Source: Candidatus Moraniibacteriota bacterium
GTDB lineage: Bacteria > Patescibacteriota > Minisyncoccia > Moranbacterales > GCA-2747515
Length of the DNA: 64,000 bases
Direction of reading: 5' to 3'
Assembly (NCBI GenBank): GCA_027031495.1
Contig: JALVQA010000006.1
Location: 81,535 to 145,534 of the forward strand
Shown: positions 23,974 to 33,933 of the stretch, in pieces
Numbering within the stretch: the stretch's first letter is position 1
Layout of the letters: each line of letters starts with the position of its first letter
Translations under genes and position numbers: made by a program
The notes under the pieces: generated by a model
Seen by the model: the letters and a program-made list of their open reading frames with translations, nothing else
The model's database searches: none
Told to the model about the DNA's origin: nothing

Positions 23974-25107
23974 ATGACGATAAAAGAGCTTATTACAGCT
24001 ACTGAGGAACTGCAAAAGCGCATCACACAGATTAGCGCTGTTTTTGATGATGAAAAAAAGAAGGCGCGTATCGCCGCACTTGAACGTGAAGTTAATCGTG
24101 ATGACTTTTGGAATGACGCGCAAAAGGCGGGAAAAATAATGCAAAAACTAGAAACACTTAAAAAGGAGCGTGCACGTATGCAATCAATTGTGACGCGATG
24201 CGTGGATCTTGCAACATTGCTCACAAACGGCAGTGATGACGAAAGCGCTCTCTATGAGGAGGAATATGAAAATCTTGCAAAGGCGGTTGATGCACTTGAG
24301 GTAAGCGTCCTTCTTTCGGAGCCTTATGATGAACATGATGCAATTATTACGCTCTATGCCGGGGCTGGCGGCACGGACGCGCAGGACTGGGTTGCAATGC
24401 TTTTGCGTATGTACATGCGTTGGGCAGAACGTCATGGTTTCAAAAGCACCATTCTTGATGAGTCGCGCGGTGCAGAGGCGGGATACAAAAGTGTAACATG
24501 CGAAATCAGTGGTGAGCGTGTATATGGTTTTTTGCGTATGGAAATGGGTACACACCGCCTTGTACGTCTTTCACCGTTTAATGCCGATAATTTGCGGCAA
24601 ACATCTTTTGCGCGCGTAGAGGTTTTACCTGTTTTGGAAGATGCGCAAGAATGTGCACTTAATCCGCAAGATTTGCGCATAGATACATATCGTTCACAAG
24701 GTGCTGGTGGACAGAGCGTGAACACAACTGACAGTGCTGTGCGCATTACACACATACCGACCGGCATTGTTGTTACATGTCAAAATGAGCGCTCGCAACT
24801 GCAGAATAAGGAGCATGCGCTTCGCGTTCTTCGCGGAAAACTGCTACAGAGGCGTCTAGAGGAACAGGCAAAAGAACGTGCAGCGCTTCGTAGCGAAAAT
24901 GTAAGTGCCGAGTGGGGGAGTCAAATTCGTTCGTATGTACTGCATCCGTACAAGATGGTCAAGGATCATCGCACGCTCTATGAAACATCGCATGTTGATG
25001 ATGTTCTTGATGGTGATATTGATGTGTTTATTGGCGCTGCATTGCGGTGGCATTTTCAACGTGAACATGGTATACTGGATATGTTGAATACGACAGTGAA
25101 AAAATAA
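23974..25107 (+). CDS. prfB: Peptide chain release factor 2, single continuous ORF
   Basis: HRLVRLSPF (SPF motif), GAGGQ, WGSQIRSYV. Confidence 0.97.
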   Translation: MTIKELITATEELQKRITQISAVFDDEKKKARIAALEREVNRDDFWNDAQKAGKIMQKLETLKKERARMQSIVTRCVDLATLLTNGSDDESALYEEEYENLAKAVDALEVSVLLSEPYDEHDAIITLYAGAGGTDAQDWVAMLLRMYMRWAERHGFKSTILDESRGAEAGYKSVTCEISGERVYGFLRMEMGTHRLVRLSPFNADNLRQTSFARVEVLPVLEDAQECALNPQDLRIDTYRSQGAGGQSVNTTDSAVRITHIPTGIVVTCQNERSQLQNKEHALRVLRGKLLQRRLEEQAKERAALRSENVSAEWGSQIRSYVLHPYKMVKDHRTLYETSHVDDVLDGDIDVFIGAALRWHFQREHGILDMLNTTVKK

Positions 25108-25132
25108 ATACTATAAAAAAACAAAGAAATCA

Positions 25133-25882
25133 ATGACAACAGAGGCTGCAGAACATACGGTGCCTGTACACGATAATGTAGAGCAGGATTCAGCTATACC
25201 GATAATTACCTTTGAAAATGTTTCTCGCATTTACCCGGGCGAGTTTGTTGCGCTTTCTGATATAAATTTGACGATCAATGAAGGAGAATTTGTTACGATT
25301 GTCGGCATGAGCGGCGCGGGAAAGTCAACACTCTTGCGCATGATCTATGCTGATGACATGCCAACAACGGGACGTGTCTTCTTTTATGAACGTCCAATTG
25401 ATGCAATAAAGCGTCGTTTGTTGCCATTTTACCGACGTAATATCGGTACTGTTTTTCAAGACTTCAAATTATTGCCAAATCGTACCGTTTTTGAAAATGT
25501 TGCTTACGCACTTGAGGTGCAGGGTGCGCCAAATGCAGAGATTGAGGAAGAAGTGCCACAGATTTTGGAGATTGTCGGTCTTGAAAATAAAATGGAGTTC
25601 TTTCCGGCACAACTTTCTGGCGGTGAACAGCAACGTGTTTCCTTAGCACGTGCACTTATTCACAGACCGCGCGTTATTGTTGCAGATGAGCCGACCGGCA
25701 ACCTTGATCCCGTTTCAACGTGGGAAATTATGCAACTTCTCTTGCGTATTAATGAATATGGCACGACTGTTGTCCTTGCAACACACAATGATGCAATCGT
25801 TGATCGCATTAAGAAGCGCGTTGTTGTCATGGATCGTGGCGTTATTGTACGTGATATTGCACAAGGAACATACTCACTCTAA
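25133..25882 (+). CDS. ftsE: Cell division ATP-binding protein FtsE
   Basis: GMSGAGKST, VFQDFKLL, LSGGEQQRV, ADEPTGNLD; followed by ftsX. Confidence 0.93.
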   Translation: MTTEAAEHTVPVHDNVEQDSAIPIITFENVSRIYPGEFVALSDINLTINEGEFVTIVGMSGAGKSTLLRMIYADDMPTTGRVFFYERPIDAIKRRLLPFYRRNIGTVFQDFKLLPNRTVFENVAYALEVQGAPNAEIEEEVPQILEIVGLENKMEFFPAQLSGGEQQRVSLARALIHRPRVIVADEPTGNLDPVSTWEIMQLLLRINEYGTTVVLATHNDAIVDRIKKRVVVMDRGVIVRDIAQGTYSL

Positions 25883-25896
25883 ACCTAAGACTTTCT

Positions 25897-26832
25897 ATGA
25901 ACCGCATTACTACACGTTTTATTAAACTTGGACGCACGCTTCGCGAGGGTTTTCGCAATTTCCATCGCGACGGATGGTTGTCGTTTGCGACGGTGAGTGT
26001 CATGACGCTATCTCTCTACATTATCGCAATGACGTTTCTCCTTGTTACAGCCGGTGGGGCACTTCTAAAGAATATTCAGGATAATGTAAGTATCAGTGCA
26101 TACTTCTACCCAAGTGTTGCGGAGTCGCGCATTCTTGATATTAAGAAAGAATTGGAGGACATTGTGGAAATTAAAAGCGTAGTATACATTTCACGCGAGG
26201 ATGCACTCAAAGAATTTAAGGAGTCAACCAGTGATCCTCTCATTCTCAGCGCACTTGATGAATTTGAGAAAGAAGGCGATAATCCTCTTCTTGCTTCTCT
26301 TGTTATTAAAGCGACAGCACCGGAACACTATGAAGATATTGCAAAACTTCTTTCACTGCCAAAATATGCAGATGATATTAGTGAAGTAAACTTTTCAAAA
26401 AATCAGGGCGTTATCGGACAACTTTCACATATCATCAATGTAACGCGCACACTTGGTATGACACTTGGTGCTATCTTTATTGCAATTGCAGTACTGGTTG
26501 TCTACAATACCGTACGCATTACAATGTTTGCGCGGCGACAGGAATTTGAGATCATGCGTCTTGTTGGTGCATCAAACCTCTATGTGCGTTTGCCGTCACT
26601 TTATGAAGGGTTCTTCTATGGCGTTGCTGCAGCGTTTATGACGCTCATTCTTCTCGCACTGACGACATATTTCCTTGCACCAATCGCGGAAGGTGTTGCT
26701 TTTGGGAATATATCACTCTTTACTCTTTTTGTTCACTATCTTGGGCATATTGCGGTTACAATTTTCTTTATTGGTACGCTTCTTGGCATGATATCAAGTG
26801 CAATTGCAATCCGACGTTATCTCAAGGCATAG
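25897..26832 (+). CDS. ftsX: Cell division permease FtsX
   Basis: NTVRITMFARRQEFEIMRLVGA; four TM helices. Confidence 0.93.
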   Translation: MNRITTRFIKLGRTLREGFRNFHRDGWLSFATVSVMTLSLYIIAMTFLLVTAGGALLKNIQDNVSISAYFYPSVAESRILDIKKELEDIVEIKSVVYISREDALKEFKESTSDPLILSALDEFEKEGDNPLLASLVIKATAPEHYEDIAKLLSLPKYADDISEVNFSKNQGVIGQLSHIINVTRTLGMTLGAIFIAIAVLVVYNTVRITMFARRQEFEIMRLVGASNLYVRLPSLYEGFFYGVAAAFMTLILLALTTYFLAPIAEGVAFGNISLFTLFVHYLGHIAVTIFFIGTLLGMISSAIAIRRYLKA

Positions 26833-26875
26833 CGCTTGCATAAAAGGATATTTCTGCTATTATGGTAGAGTATGG

Positions 26876-26946
26876 TGGGAAGTAGCCAAGCGGTAAGGCA
26901 ACGGGTTCTGGTCCCGTGATCGGGGGTTCGAATCCCTCCTTCCCAA
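26876..26946 (+). tRNA. tRNA-Gln (CTG)
   Basis: TGGGAAG acceptor, GCCAAGCGGTAAGGC D-arm, TTCTGGT loop. Confidence 0.93.
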
Positions 26947-27054
26947 CAGCAATGATACACTTTGCATTAAGCGGTAAAAACGGCAGGTGATACGTCTGTC
27001 ATTTTTGTTTTTGTGCTATACTGGTACTGTATGATAATTTTCTAGAACACGTTT

Positions 27055-28005
27055 ATGTCTTCACCACAGAAAGATTCTGTTAATTATTCTTTTGTTGTCC
27101 CACTTCTCAATGAAGAAGGCAATGTCAAGGAGCTCCATCATCGTATCGTGGATGCAGCGCAAAAGATGAGCGGGACTTTTGAGATCATTTTTGTTGATGA
27201 TGGCTCTACAGATAAGACTGTTGAAATTGCACGCACACTGAGTCCTCTCACTCTTATAGAACTTCGCAAGCGATTTGGGCAAACGGCCGGTCTTGACGCT
27301 GGCATTAAGGCGGCGCGTGGAAAGATTATCTTTACAATGGACGGTGATCTACAGGATGATCCTGCCGAAACGCTTAAACTTCTCAAGAAGTTGAATGAAG
27401 GTTATGACGTCGTTGCAAGTTGGCGATATAAACGTAAGGATTCTTTCTTGAAGAAATTGTTTTCACGTGGTGCTGATAAGTTGCGCAAAATCCTTCTTCA
27501 CGACACAATTCACGATTCCGGCTGTCAATTACGTGCGTATCGCCGTGAAGTTTTTGATGGTGTAGATCTCTTCGGTGAGATGCATCGTTTTATTCCGGCA
27601 CTTCTTGAATTAGATGGTTGGAAAATTGCCGAGGTTAAAGTTGTGCACCATCCGCGCACGCACGGTACGACGAAATACAACTGGTACCGAACAATTAAGG
27701 GTTTTACAGATATGATTGCGATGTGGTTTTGGCAACGTTATGCAACACGTCCCATCCACTTCTTTGGTGGTGTGGGGCTGATGTTCCTGCTTATCGGCTT
27801 TATAATTCTTGCATGGATGTTTATTGAGAAAGTTTTCTTTGGTGCATCGCTTTCTAACCGTATTTGGCCACTTGTTGGCATATTCTTTCTTCTTGGTGGG
27901 TTGCAGTTGTTTATATTTGGGCTACTCAGCGATGTTGTAATGAAAAATTACTATCGCTTGCGAGGGCGCATGAACTATTCTATTAAGAAAATTACACGCC
28001 TATAA
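27055..28005 (+). CDS. GT2 polyprenol-phosphate glycosyltransferase (ArnC/GtrB-like)
   Basis: VDDGSTD, MDGDLQDDP, GEMHRFIP, two C-terminal TM helices. Confidence 0.92.
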   Translation: MSSPQKDSVNYSFVVPLLNEEGNVKELHHRIVDAAQKMSGTFEIIFVDDGSTDKTVEIARTLSPLTLIELRKRFGQTAGLDAGIKAARGKIIFTMDGDLQDDPAETLKLLKKLNEGYDVVASWRYKRKDSFLKKLFSRGADKLRKILLHDTIHDSGCQLRAYRREVFDGVDLFGEMHRFIPALLELDGWKIAEVKVVHHPRTHGTTKYNWYRTIKGFTDMIAMWFWQRYATRPIHFFGGVGLMFLLIGFIILAWMFIEKVFFGASLSNRIWPLVGIFFLLGGLQLFIFGLLSDVVMKNYYRLRGRMNYSIKKITRL

Positions 28006-28020
28006 AAATACAACATTCTT

Positions 28021-29193
28021 ATGAAGATACTTTTTCTCAACTATGAGCACCCACAACTTGGTAATGGTGCTACAAATGTAGCGAGACATCTTCTCAATGT
28101 TTACAGAGAAAAGAAAAATATAAGCATTGATCTCATTACAACTGCGGTGGATAATAAAGAGCACGTAGAAGATCTTGGTGGTGATGTTCGTATTCACTAC
28201 GTACCAATTAATAAGAATCGGCATACGCTCACGCAGCTATCACTGCGCGACCTACTCGCTTATTCATGGAAAGGGTACAAAAAAGCAAAAGAGCTCATGC
28301 AACAACAAAAATACGACTATATTCACGCGTTTTCTGGTATACCATGCGGGTATATGGCACAGCGTTTATCTCGGCGTTTCAGTGTGCCATATATTGTGTC
28401 ACTACGCGGTGCGGATGTGCCGGGCTTTAGTGAGCGATACGAACACATCTATCCGCTGATAAAACCATTTATTGTTTCCGTATGGCGTGACGCTGTTGCT
28501 GTCGTTGCGAATAGTAAGAAACTGCGCGATCTTGCCTTGCAGTCAGCGCCACAACAAGAAATTTTAATTATCTACAACGGTGTAGATACCGATGTCTTTA
28601 TGCCACCAACTATCAATACATCGCGCACAAATGATCAATTTGTTGTTCTTACCGCTGCACGACAATTGACACGTAGAGAAGGTATTCACTTCGCGGTTGA
28701 CGCCTTTAGGCAAATTTGTGATTTATATCCACGCTTGAACGCAAAAATGATCATTGCCGGTGGCACGGGTAATGCTGAGGCAATGCTACACCAACGTGTT
28801 AAAGATGTCCACCTTGAAGAGAGAGTGCTCTTTGCGGGGCATCTTGACCAAAAAACGCTCATAGAAGCATATCAGAATGCTGACGTCTTTGTATTACCGT
28901 CGCTTAATGAAGGCATGAGTAATACAGTGCTTGAGGCACTTGCTTGTGGTCTGCCAGTAATCGTTACGCGCACAGGTGGCTCTGAAATTATTACGGATGG
29001 TAGGGAAGGGTTTATTGTTGAGCGGGAGAGTGCTGATGCAATTCGCGTTGCGCTTGAGCACTTTATCAAAAGCCCTGAAGCACTTGTAACGATGGGCGCT
29101 GCTGCGCGTGCACTTGCCGAAAAAATGAGTTGGCACGCCGTTGCCGATCAGCACGAAAAACTCTACTATGAAAAATATAATAAAAGGAATTAG
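28021..29193 (+). CDS. GT4 glycosyltransferase
   Basis: IYNGVD, FVLPSLNEGMSNTVLEALACGLPVI. Confidence 0.92.
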   Translation: MKILFLNYEHPQLGNGATNVARHLLNVYREKKNISIDLITTAVDNKEHVEDLGGDVRIHYVPINKNRHTLTQLSLRDLLAYSWKGYKKAKELMQQQKYDYIHAFSGIPCGYMAQRLSRRFSVPYIVSLRGADVPGFSERYEHIYPLIKPFIVSVWRDAVAVVANSKKLRDLALQSAPQQEILIIYNGVDTDVFMPPTINTSRTNDQFVVLTAARQLTRREGIHFAVDAFRQICDLYPRLNAKMIIAGGTGNAEAMLHQRVKDVHLEERVLFAGHLDQKTLIEAYQNADVFVLPSLNEGMSNTVLEALACGLPVIVTRTGGSEIITDGREGFIVERESADAIRVALEHFIKSPEALVTMGAAARALAEKMSWHAVADQHEKLYYEKYNKRN

Positions 29194-29554
29194 CGCATAT
29201 CTAACACTTGCCTCTTTGGTATGTATTCTTAAAATCAGTATTGCCGGCAGTCTTGTTGCGCTCCTTATTATACGGATTGACTGGGTGCATGTCGGCACAC
29301 TCTTGCGTGACGTTGATATGCGATAGTGTCTTTTTACGCTGTTGTTATTATGTTTGGCAATCTTCTTTCATCGTATCGTTTTGCACGTTTTTTTGCCAAA
29401 AAAATATGCACAATATTTTCTTTCTATAAAAACATATCCGCAACGTACGTTCTATAGCGCTATAATGCTCGGCATGGTGTTCCGTTCCATTTTACCGCGC
29501 AAAGATACTGCGCATTCTTTTCACAGTACGAAAAATGGGCGCAAGAAAGGGTAG
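29168..29554 (+). pseudogene. Truncated flippase-like (UPF0104/LPG-synthase TM) gene with premature stop
   Basis: LKISIAGSLVALLIIRIDWVHVGTLLRDVD, in-frame TAG at 29324-29326, same frame continues hydrophobic to 29554. Confidence 0.5.
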
Positions 29555-30222
29555 GGAAGCAAATATATTCTATAGAACTAGAATGGTGATAATAATTAAG
29601 ATAAGAATTTTTATTTTCTCTAATCCAAAGAATTTTCTTTTGCCAGTTTCAAAAGAAGTAGTTTTAAGACATAAGTATATAGCGCAATAATATTATAATA
29701 ATGCATTGCATATACACGTATATACGTTTTGTATTCTTTGCATTCAATAAAGTGTAATTTTAACAATAAGTAATAATAAAACCTGTATTATAAAATAAGT
29801 AATGATATTTAGTTTTTGCTACCTCTAAATATTTTTAGAAAAAAGCATGTAGGCAGAATTTTCTCTGTGTATAAGTACTAGAGTTTGGTATATTTTTTAC
29901 CTCAAATTAACTACTAACACAGTACAGTAATACGTATATTATGTATTTACTTGTTGTGTGTATACACAAACGTTTAAAACTGTATGTAGACACTTCTTGT
30001 ATATATACGAAAGTCACGCATATAGCCAAAAATATGGCAAATTTAAAGGTTTTAGTTGTAAGTACTGAATAAGACTAAAAAATGCACAGTAAAACAGAAA
30101 GATGTTTTGTTTGGTATATGTTGGTTAAGTATGTTAAAAGTTAAAATTAGAAGTTTATTTAGTAGTAAGTGTTATGAGTCACACTTAAATAAACAACTCT
30201 TTGCGCTGTGCTTTTTTATATT

Positions 30223-30250
30223 ATGTCGCATAAGATACATTGTGCGACGT
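30223..30250. repeat. attL-like, dif-type site ATGTCGCATAA-GATACA-TTGTGCGACGT
   Basis: 11-6-11 inverted-arm structure 111 bp beyond the integrase stop; partner at 57393. Confidence 0.75.
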
Positions 30251-30361
30251 GTTGTGTATTTTTTGAAGTCGCGTGAAAGCGACTAATAAGCAACATATAC
30301 TGCCAAGATATTTTGGCTGGTTTTTTAATTTCCTGTCTGTAGTATAGCATACTTCCACCTT

Positions 30362-31267
30362 TTACGCAACATCAGTTGCGCGGTCGTAGGCCTTGTGGAC
30401 GTCGTCGTTCTGGATGTTGTAGTAGACCTGTGACGACGCCGGAGATGAGTGACCGAGGAGTTGCTGGAGATACGGCTGGTACATCTGCGCCGAGGCGAGG
30501 CGCTGGGCGAAGGCGTGACGCATAGAGTGTGGCGTCTTCCCTGTTATGCCAACGGCGCGACAGCGCGCTCGGAATATGCGCTCTACTTGCCGCGTTGTGA
30601 GGCGGCCGGTTCCGCGCAGTCCGACAAACAGCGCGCGCTCGCTCTTTTTGTGCAGTGTAGCGAGTATCGGCAACCAGCCGCGCAGAACACGCTCCGTTTC
30701 CGGCGTGAACGGAATGCTCCGGTATCCTGCTGCGTCGCGGCGTTTGCGTGTGATTGCCAGCACTTCCCTGCGGTCCAGGTCCACATCGCCTACATTGAGT
30801 GCGACAAGTTCAGAGACGCGCATACCGGTGTCGTACAGGAGCGTGAGGAGCGCCTCGTCACGAATGTCGGCAGTCGTCTCACGCGTGAATGTGCCACGCA
30901 GCAGTTGCCATTCATTGGTCGTCAGCGGCTTGTGGTGGCGTGCTCGGATGCGACCGCGAATTGGGATGGCATCGTGGCGCATCTTGAGTTGCAGTCCGTG
31001 ATGATCTGCCAGTACGCGCTCGCAGAACTTCCAGAGCTGTCGGAGAGCGATGAGGTGGAGATTGGCGGTTGTCTCTGACTTCCCCTCCCTGATGAGCTTC
31101 TGCGAGTACGGCAAGATGTGGTCCATCACGGTTACCTCCTCAATGGCAGTGTCACTCGCATAGCATGCGAATTGGCGGCAGATGTTTGTATAGATGGTCA
31201 GCGTGCGCTGGGTGTAGCGGTGAACACCCCACGCAAAGAATTGGTCTACTGCTTCGTGTATGGTCAT
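30362..31267 (-). CDS. Xer-like tyrosine recombinase (integrase)
   Basis: LYDTGMRVSEL, TPHSMRHAFA, LLGHSS...QVY catalytic residues; start placed at MTIHEAV. Confidence 0.95.
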   Translation of the reverse strand: MTIHEAVDQFFAWGVHRYTQRTLTIYTNICRQFACYASDTAIEEVTVMDHILPYSQKLIREGKSETTANLHLIALRQLWKFCERVLADHHGLQLKMRHDAIPIRGRIRARHHKPLTTNEWQLLRGTFTRETTADIRDEALLTLLYDTGMRVSELVALNVGDVDLDRREVLAITRKRRDAAGYRSIPFTPETERVLRGWLPILATLHKKSERALFVGLRGTGRLTTRQVERIFRARCRAVGITGKTPHSMRHAFAQRLASAQMYQPYLQQLLGHSSPASSQVYYNIQNDDVHKAYDRATDVA

Positions 31268-31594
31268 ACACGTAGTGTTATAGCGAATTATTGCACATAA
31301 AAAAACCAACGGGGGTCTAGTCCCGTTGGCATTTATAGTATAGCATATTCTCTACAGCCGCGCATTCCGGCGCGGCAGCGTATCGCTGCATTGTGCGAAA
31401 ATATACCATACCTCCCTATGCCGGTGAACTAGACCACGCGCTTTAGCGCTTCACCGTAGTTACTTTTGGTAACAGCGTAATGTACACCAAGAGTCCAATT
31501 TTGTCAACCAAAAACACCGGCGATGTGCCGGTGTTCAGTGTATAGCGAATGTGTGAGGGTACCGAAAGTGTGATTGGAATATCACATTTTCAGT

Positions 31595-31816
31595 TTACTC
31601 CTCCTTGTTTTTTTCGTCAACTTTTCGCCAACGCTTTCGCGCGCCCTTTCTTCCAGCAGCAATTACCTGTTCACGATCTACCGGTGATACGACGTGGCGA
31701 CGGTATGCCATTGCCTGTGCCGGAGTGATGTGTCCGGCACAAGCGTACTTTTCTATGATTTGAAGTTTCTCGGCGTCAGAGCGCGCGTCTTTCAGTGCTT
31801 CTTTGATGCTTTTCAT
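31595..31816 (-). CDS. Small basic hypothetical protein
   Basis: AGGAGG RBS; AAGRKGARKRW basic motif; terminator at about 31510-31535. Confidence 0.7.
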   Translation of the reverse strand: MKSIKEALKDARSDAEKLQIIEKYACAGHITPAQAMAYRRHVVSPVDREQVIAAGRKGARKRWRKVDEKNKEE

Positions 31817-31822
31817 ATCCTC

Positions 31823-32281
31823 CTAATTCGTCATTTTATACGCAGTTTCCGAGCCGTAAAAGTCAACCTCTTCATCATATGACATCTCACTCGCGAGGTA
31901 CTTTCGTCCGCCATCATCTACTTTCACGACATACTTGGACTGATCGTCACTGATCTCTTTTGCCTTTTTCTCGGCCTCCTCACGCGTCTCGTGAAATGAC
32001 TGGATATTCATCGGTTCATTTGTCCACTCTCCGATGACATAATACATATCTTTATGTTCAATATTCACGTCACCGATGTAATCTACTCCGTCATTCTCGG
32101 TCCTCACGCCCCACGTGATGCGACCCCTGAGCACTTCTGATGGAGAGAGTTCGGCTAACATCTCCTGCTCGGTTCCTGAAAATTCAGGATTGGATGAAAG
32201 TGAGTACACGAGTGCCCCGTTTTTTCGCGCTTCATCATATTGATCGGAGAACTGGACTGAAATGATTTCTACATTTTTCAT
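31823..32281 (-). CDS. Acidic hypothetical protein (152 aa)
   Basis: Start MKNVEII at 32281; D/E-rich; has its own promoter. Confidence 0.7.
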   Translation of the reverse strand: MKNVEIISVQFSDQYDEARKNGALVYSLSSNPEFSGTEQEMLAELSPSEVLRGRITWGVRTENDGVDYIGDVNIEHKDMYYVIGEWTNEPMNIQSFHETREEAEKKAKEISDDQSKYVVKVDDGGRKYLASEMSYDEEVDFYGSETAYKMTN

Positions 32282-32419
32282 AATTTTATGTTTACTTGAA
32301 TTATACCCCCCCCTCTTTTTTTCAACCACCGCACCGGTACCCGCGTGTGACAGTTGTATTTGTGGATGAGATCTGCGGCGCTTCGCTATTACTTCGCCCG
32401 TTCTCATCTTTACATCTCT

Positions 32420-32448
32420 AGTATAGCGTGCGCACGCTATATTGTCAA
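32420..32448 (-). promoter_or_regulatory. Sigma70 promoter containing a perfect 20-bp palindrome
   Basis: TTGACA-17 nt-TATACT overlapped by TATAGCGTGCGCACGCTATA (32422-32441). Confidence 0.8.
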
Positions 32449-32548
32449 CCCCTTTTGGTGTATAAAACACAAAGTTCTCTGCGTGTCAAATGTGTGCGGA
32501 AAAATAGAAAACCACACGATGCACCACGCGCGCGGCACAGAAATGGCA

Positions 32549-32854
32549 CTAGGTCTTTACCACCAGCGCAAGTAATGCGGCAATCACACCGGTGATCACG
32601 ATCCACATGATGCGCTTGAGAGAACGCTCAGTCTCTTTTGACGCGTAGCGATCATCCGCATTGCGGATGAAGGTGGAGATATCGTCCAGCTTCTCGCTGA
32701 TGCGTTCTATATCTTTCTTTATATCTTGTATTGATAGTTCTGTTTTGCGCATAAAATTGGCCGTTTCTTTCGACGGGGACGACTGATTCCGGAAGCCCTG
32801 CGTGATCGCCGCAACAATGTCACTGCGTAAATTTTCTCGCTCTTCCCTGTTCAT
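32549..32854 (-). CDS. Coiled-coil protein with C-terminal TM helix (XhlA/holin-like)
   Basis: Heptad region then IMWIVITGVIAALLALVV; lies in the lysis region. Confidence 0.55.
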   Translation of the reverse strand: MNREERENLRSDIVAAITQGFRNQSSPSKETANFMRKTELSIQDIKKDIERISEKLDDISTFIRNADDRYASKETERSLKRIMWIVITGVIAALLALVVKT

Positions 32855-32878
32855 GGTTTTTCCGGTGTCTTGAATGAA

Positions 32879-33592
32879 TCATAAAAGCCCTGCTTTTCTA
32901 TAAAAAATATAAGATAGATTTTTCACTTCTCGCATAGTTAGTGCGCGGTCATATATTCTAGCCACAGAAATTCTTCCGGAAAACCCGCCAGCATCATTTC
33001 CCATCACATTATATGGGTGTCCATCCGGTGTTATGTTGCCTGTTTGAGGGTTTTCATCGAAAAGATCACCCCAATGAAACAGTTTCCAACCCATGATAGG
33101 ATCATACGTTACAGCGGCGAACACCCACTCTCCGGCGGTAACTTCAGGTCCAGTAACGACATTATTCCAGCCGACGCCCTGACTCAATCTTATCGTATAT
33201 TGATTGTTTTGTACCACATCACCAAATGTCATAATGAGTTGGCTTTCTCCTTGAAAGCAGAAAATTCTTTGAAAATGATCAAATGGACCATCCGTATTGA
33301 AAAGCGCCAATAACGTGAATGAACTATTTCCATCGAATATTCCGATTCTTTCAAAATTTACTGCATCATCCATACCATCAAAATCTAGCGCCAACAATGA
33401 GCCATACCCATTCACCGCTGTTGCACCAACAATTGTGCCATTATTATTTTTGCCGGATACATCTATGACAGTATTTGATGCGATTTGTGCGAAATCAAAG
33501 TCCAAAACAAGCCCATCTCTGATGTCGTAGAGATTCATTGGGAGCGCGCGTTTTTCTTTCAGCGCGACTGGTTTTAGCTTTACTTTTTCCAT
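32879..33592 (-). CDS. LamG/concanavalin A-like domain protein
   Basis: DVSGKNNNGT, ALDFDG, GEWVFAAVTYD, FSGRISVARIYDRAL. Confidence 0.85.
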   Translation of the reverse strand: MEKVKLKPVALKEKRALPMNLYDIRDGLVLDFDFAQIASNTVIDVSGKNNNGTIVGATAVNGYGSLLALDFDGMDDAVNFERIGIFDGNSSFTLLALFNTDGPFDHFQRIFCFQGESQLIMTFGDVVQNNQYTIRLSQGVGWNNVVTGPEVTAGEWVFAAVTYDPIMGWKLFHWGDLFDENPQTGNITPDGHPYNVMGNDAGGFSGRISVARIYDRALTMREVKNLSYIFYRKAGLL

Positions 33593-33925
33593 TTACTTTA
33601 CATCCATTTTATGCACTTTTATTGTCACGGATGTTCCTGTTCCCGAAATATTATCGATTCTGAAATTGACATTTTGGGATTTGAAAATATCTAGTGTAAA
33701 CAGTTTACTTTTTGCGCCGGATACGATAACCGACTCACACTCGTTGTATCCATCGCCTGTCGCATTTAAAAGAAGCGGCGTAATTGTTGCTTTTGGTTCG
33801 GCTCCGCTCAAAATGACCTCGACAGGCACGCGTTTATATCCGATTCCTACACCTGTAGAAACCGATGGATTTGATGTGTCATCCGTTGTGACGTTTTCAC
33901 GAATTGTGATTGATTTTATACTCAT
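33593..33925 (-). CDS. Hypothetical beta-rich phage protein
   Basis: Tightly packed ORF in the operon. Confidence 0.6.
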   Translation of the reverse strand: MSIKSITIRENVTTDDTSNPSVSTGVGIGYKRVPVEVILSGAEPKATITPLLLNATGDGYNECESVIVSGAKSKLFTLDIFKSQNVNFRIDNISGTGTSVTIKVHKMDVK

Positions 33926-33933
33926 ATGTTTTT

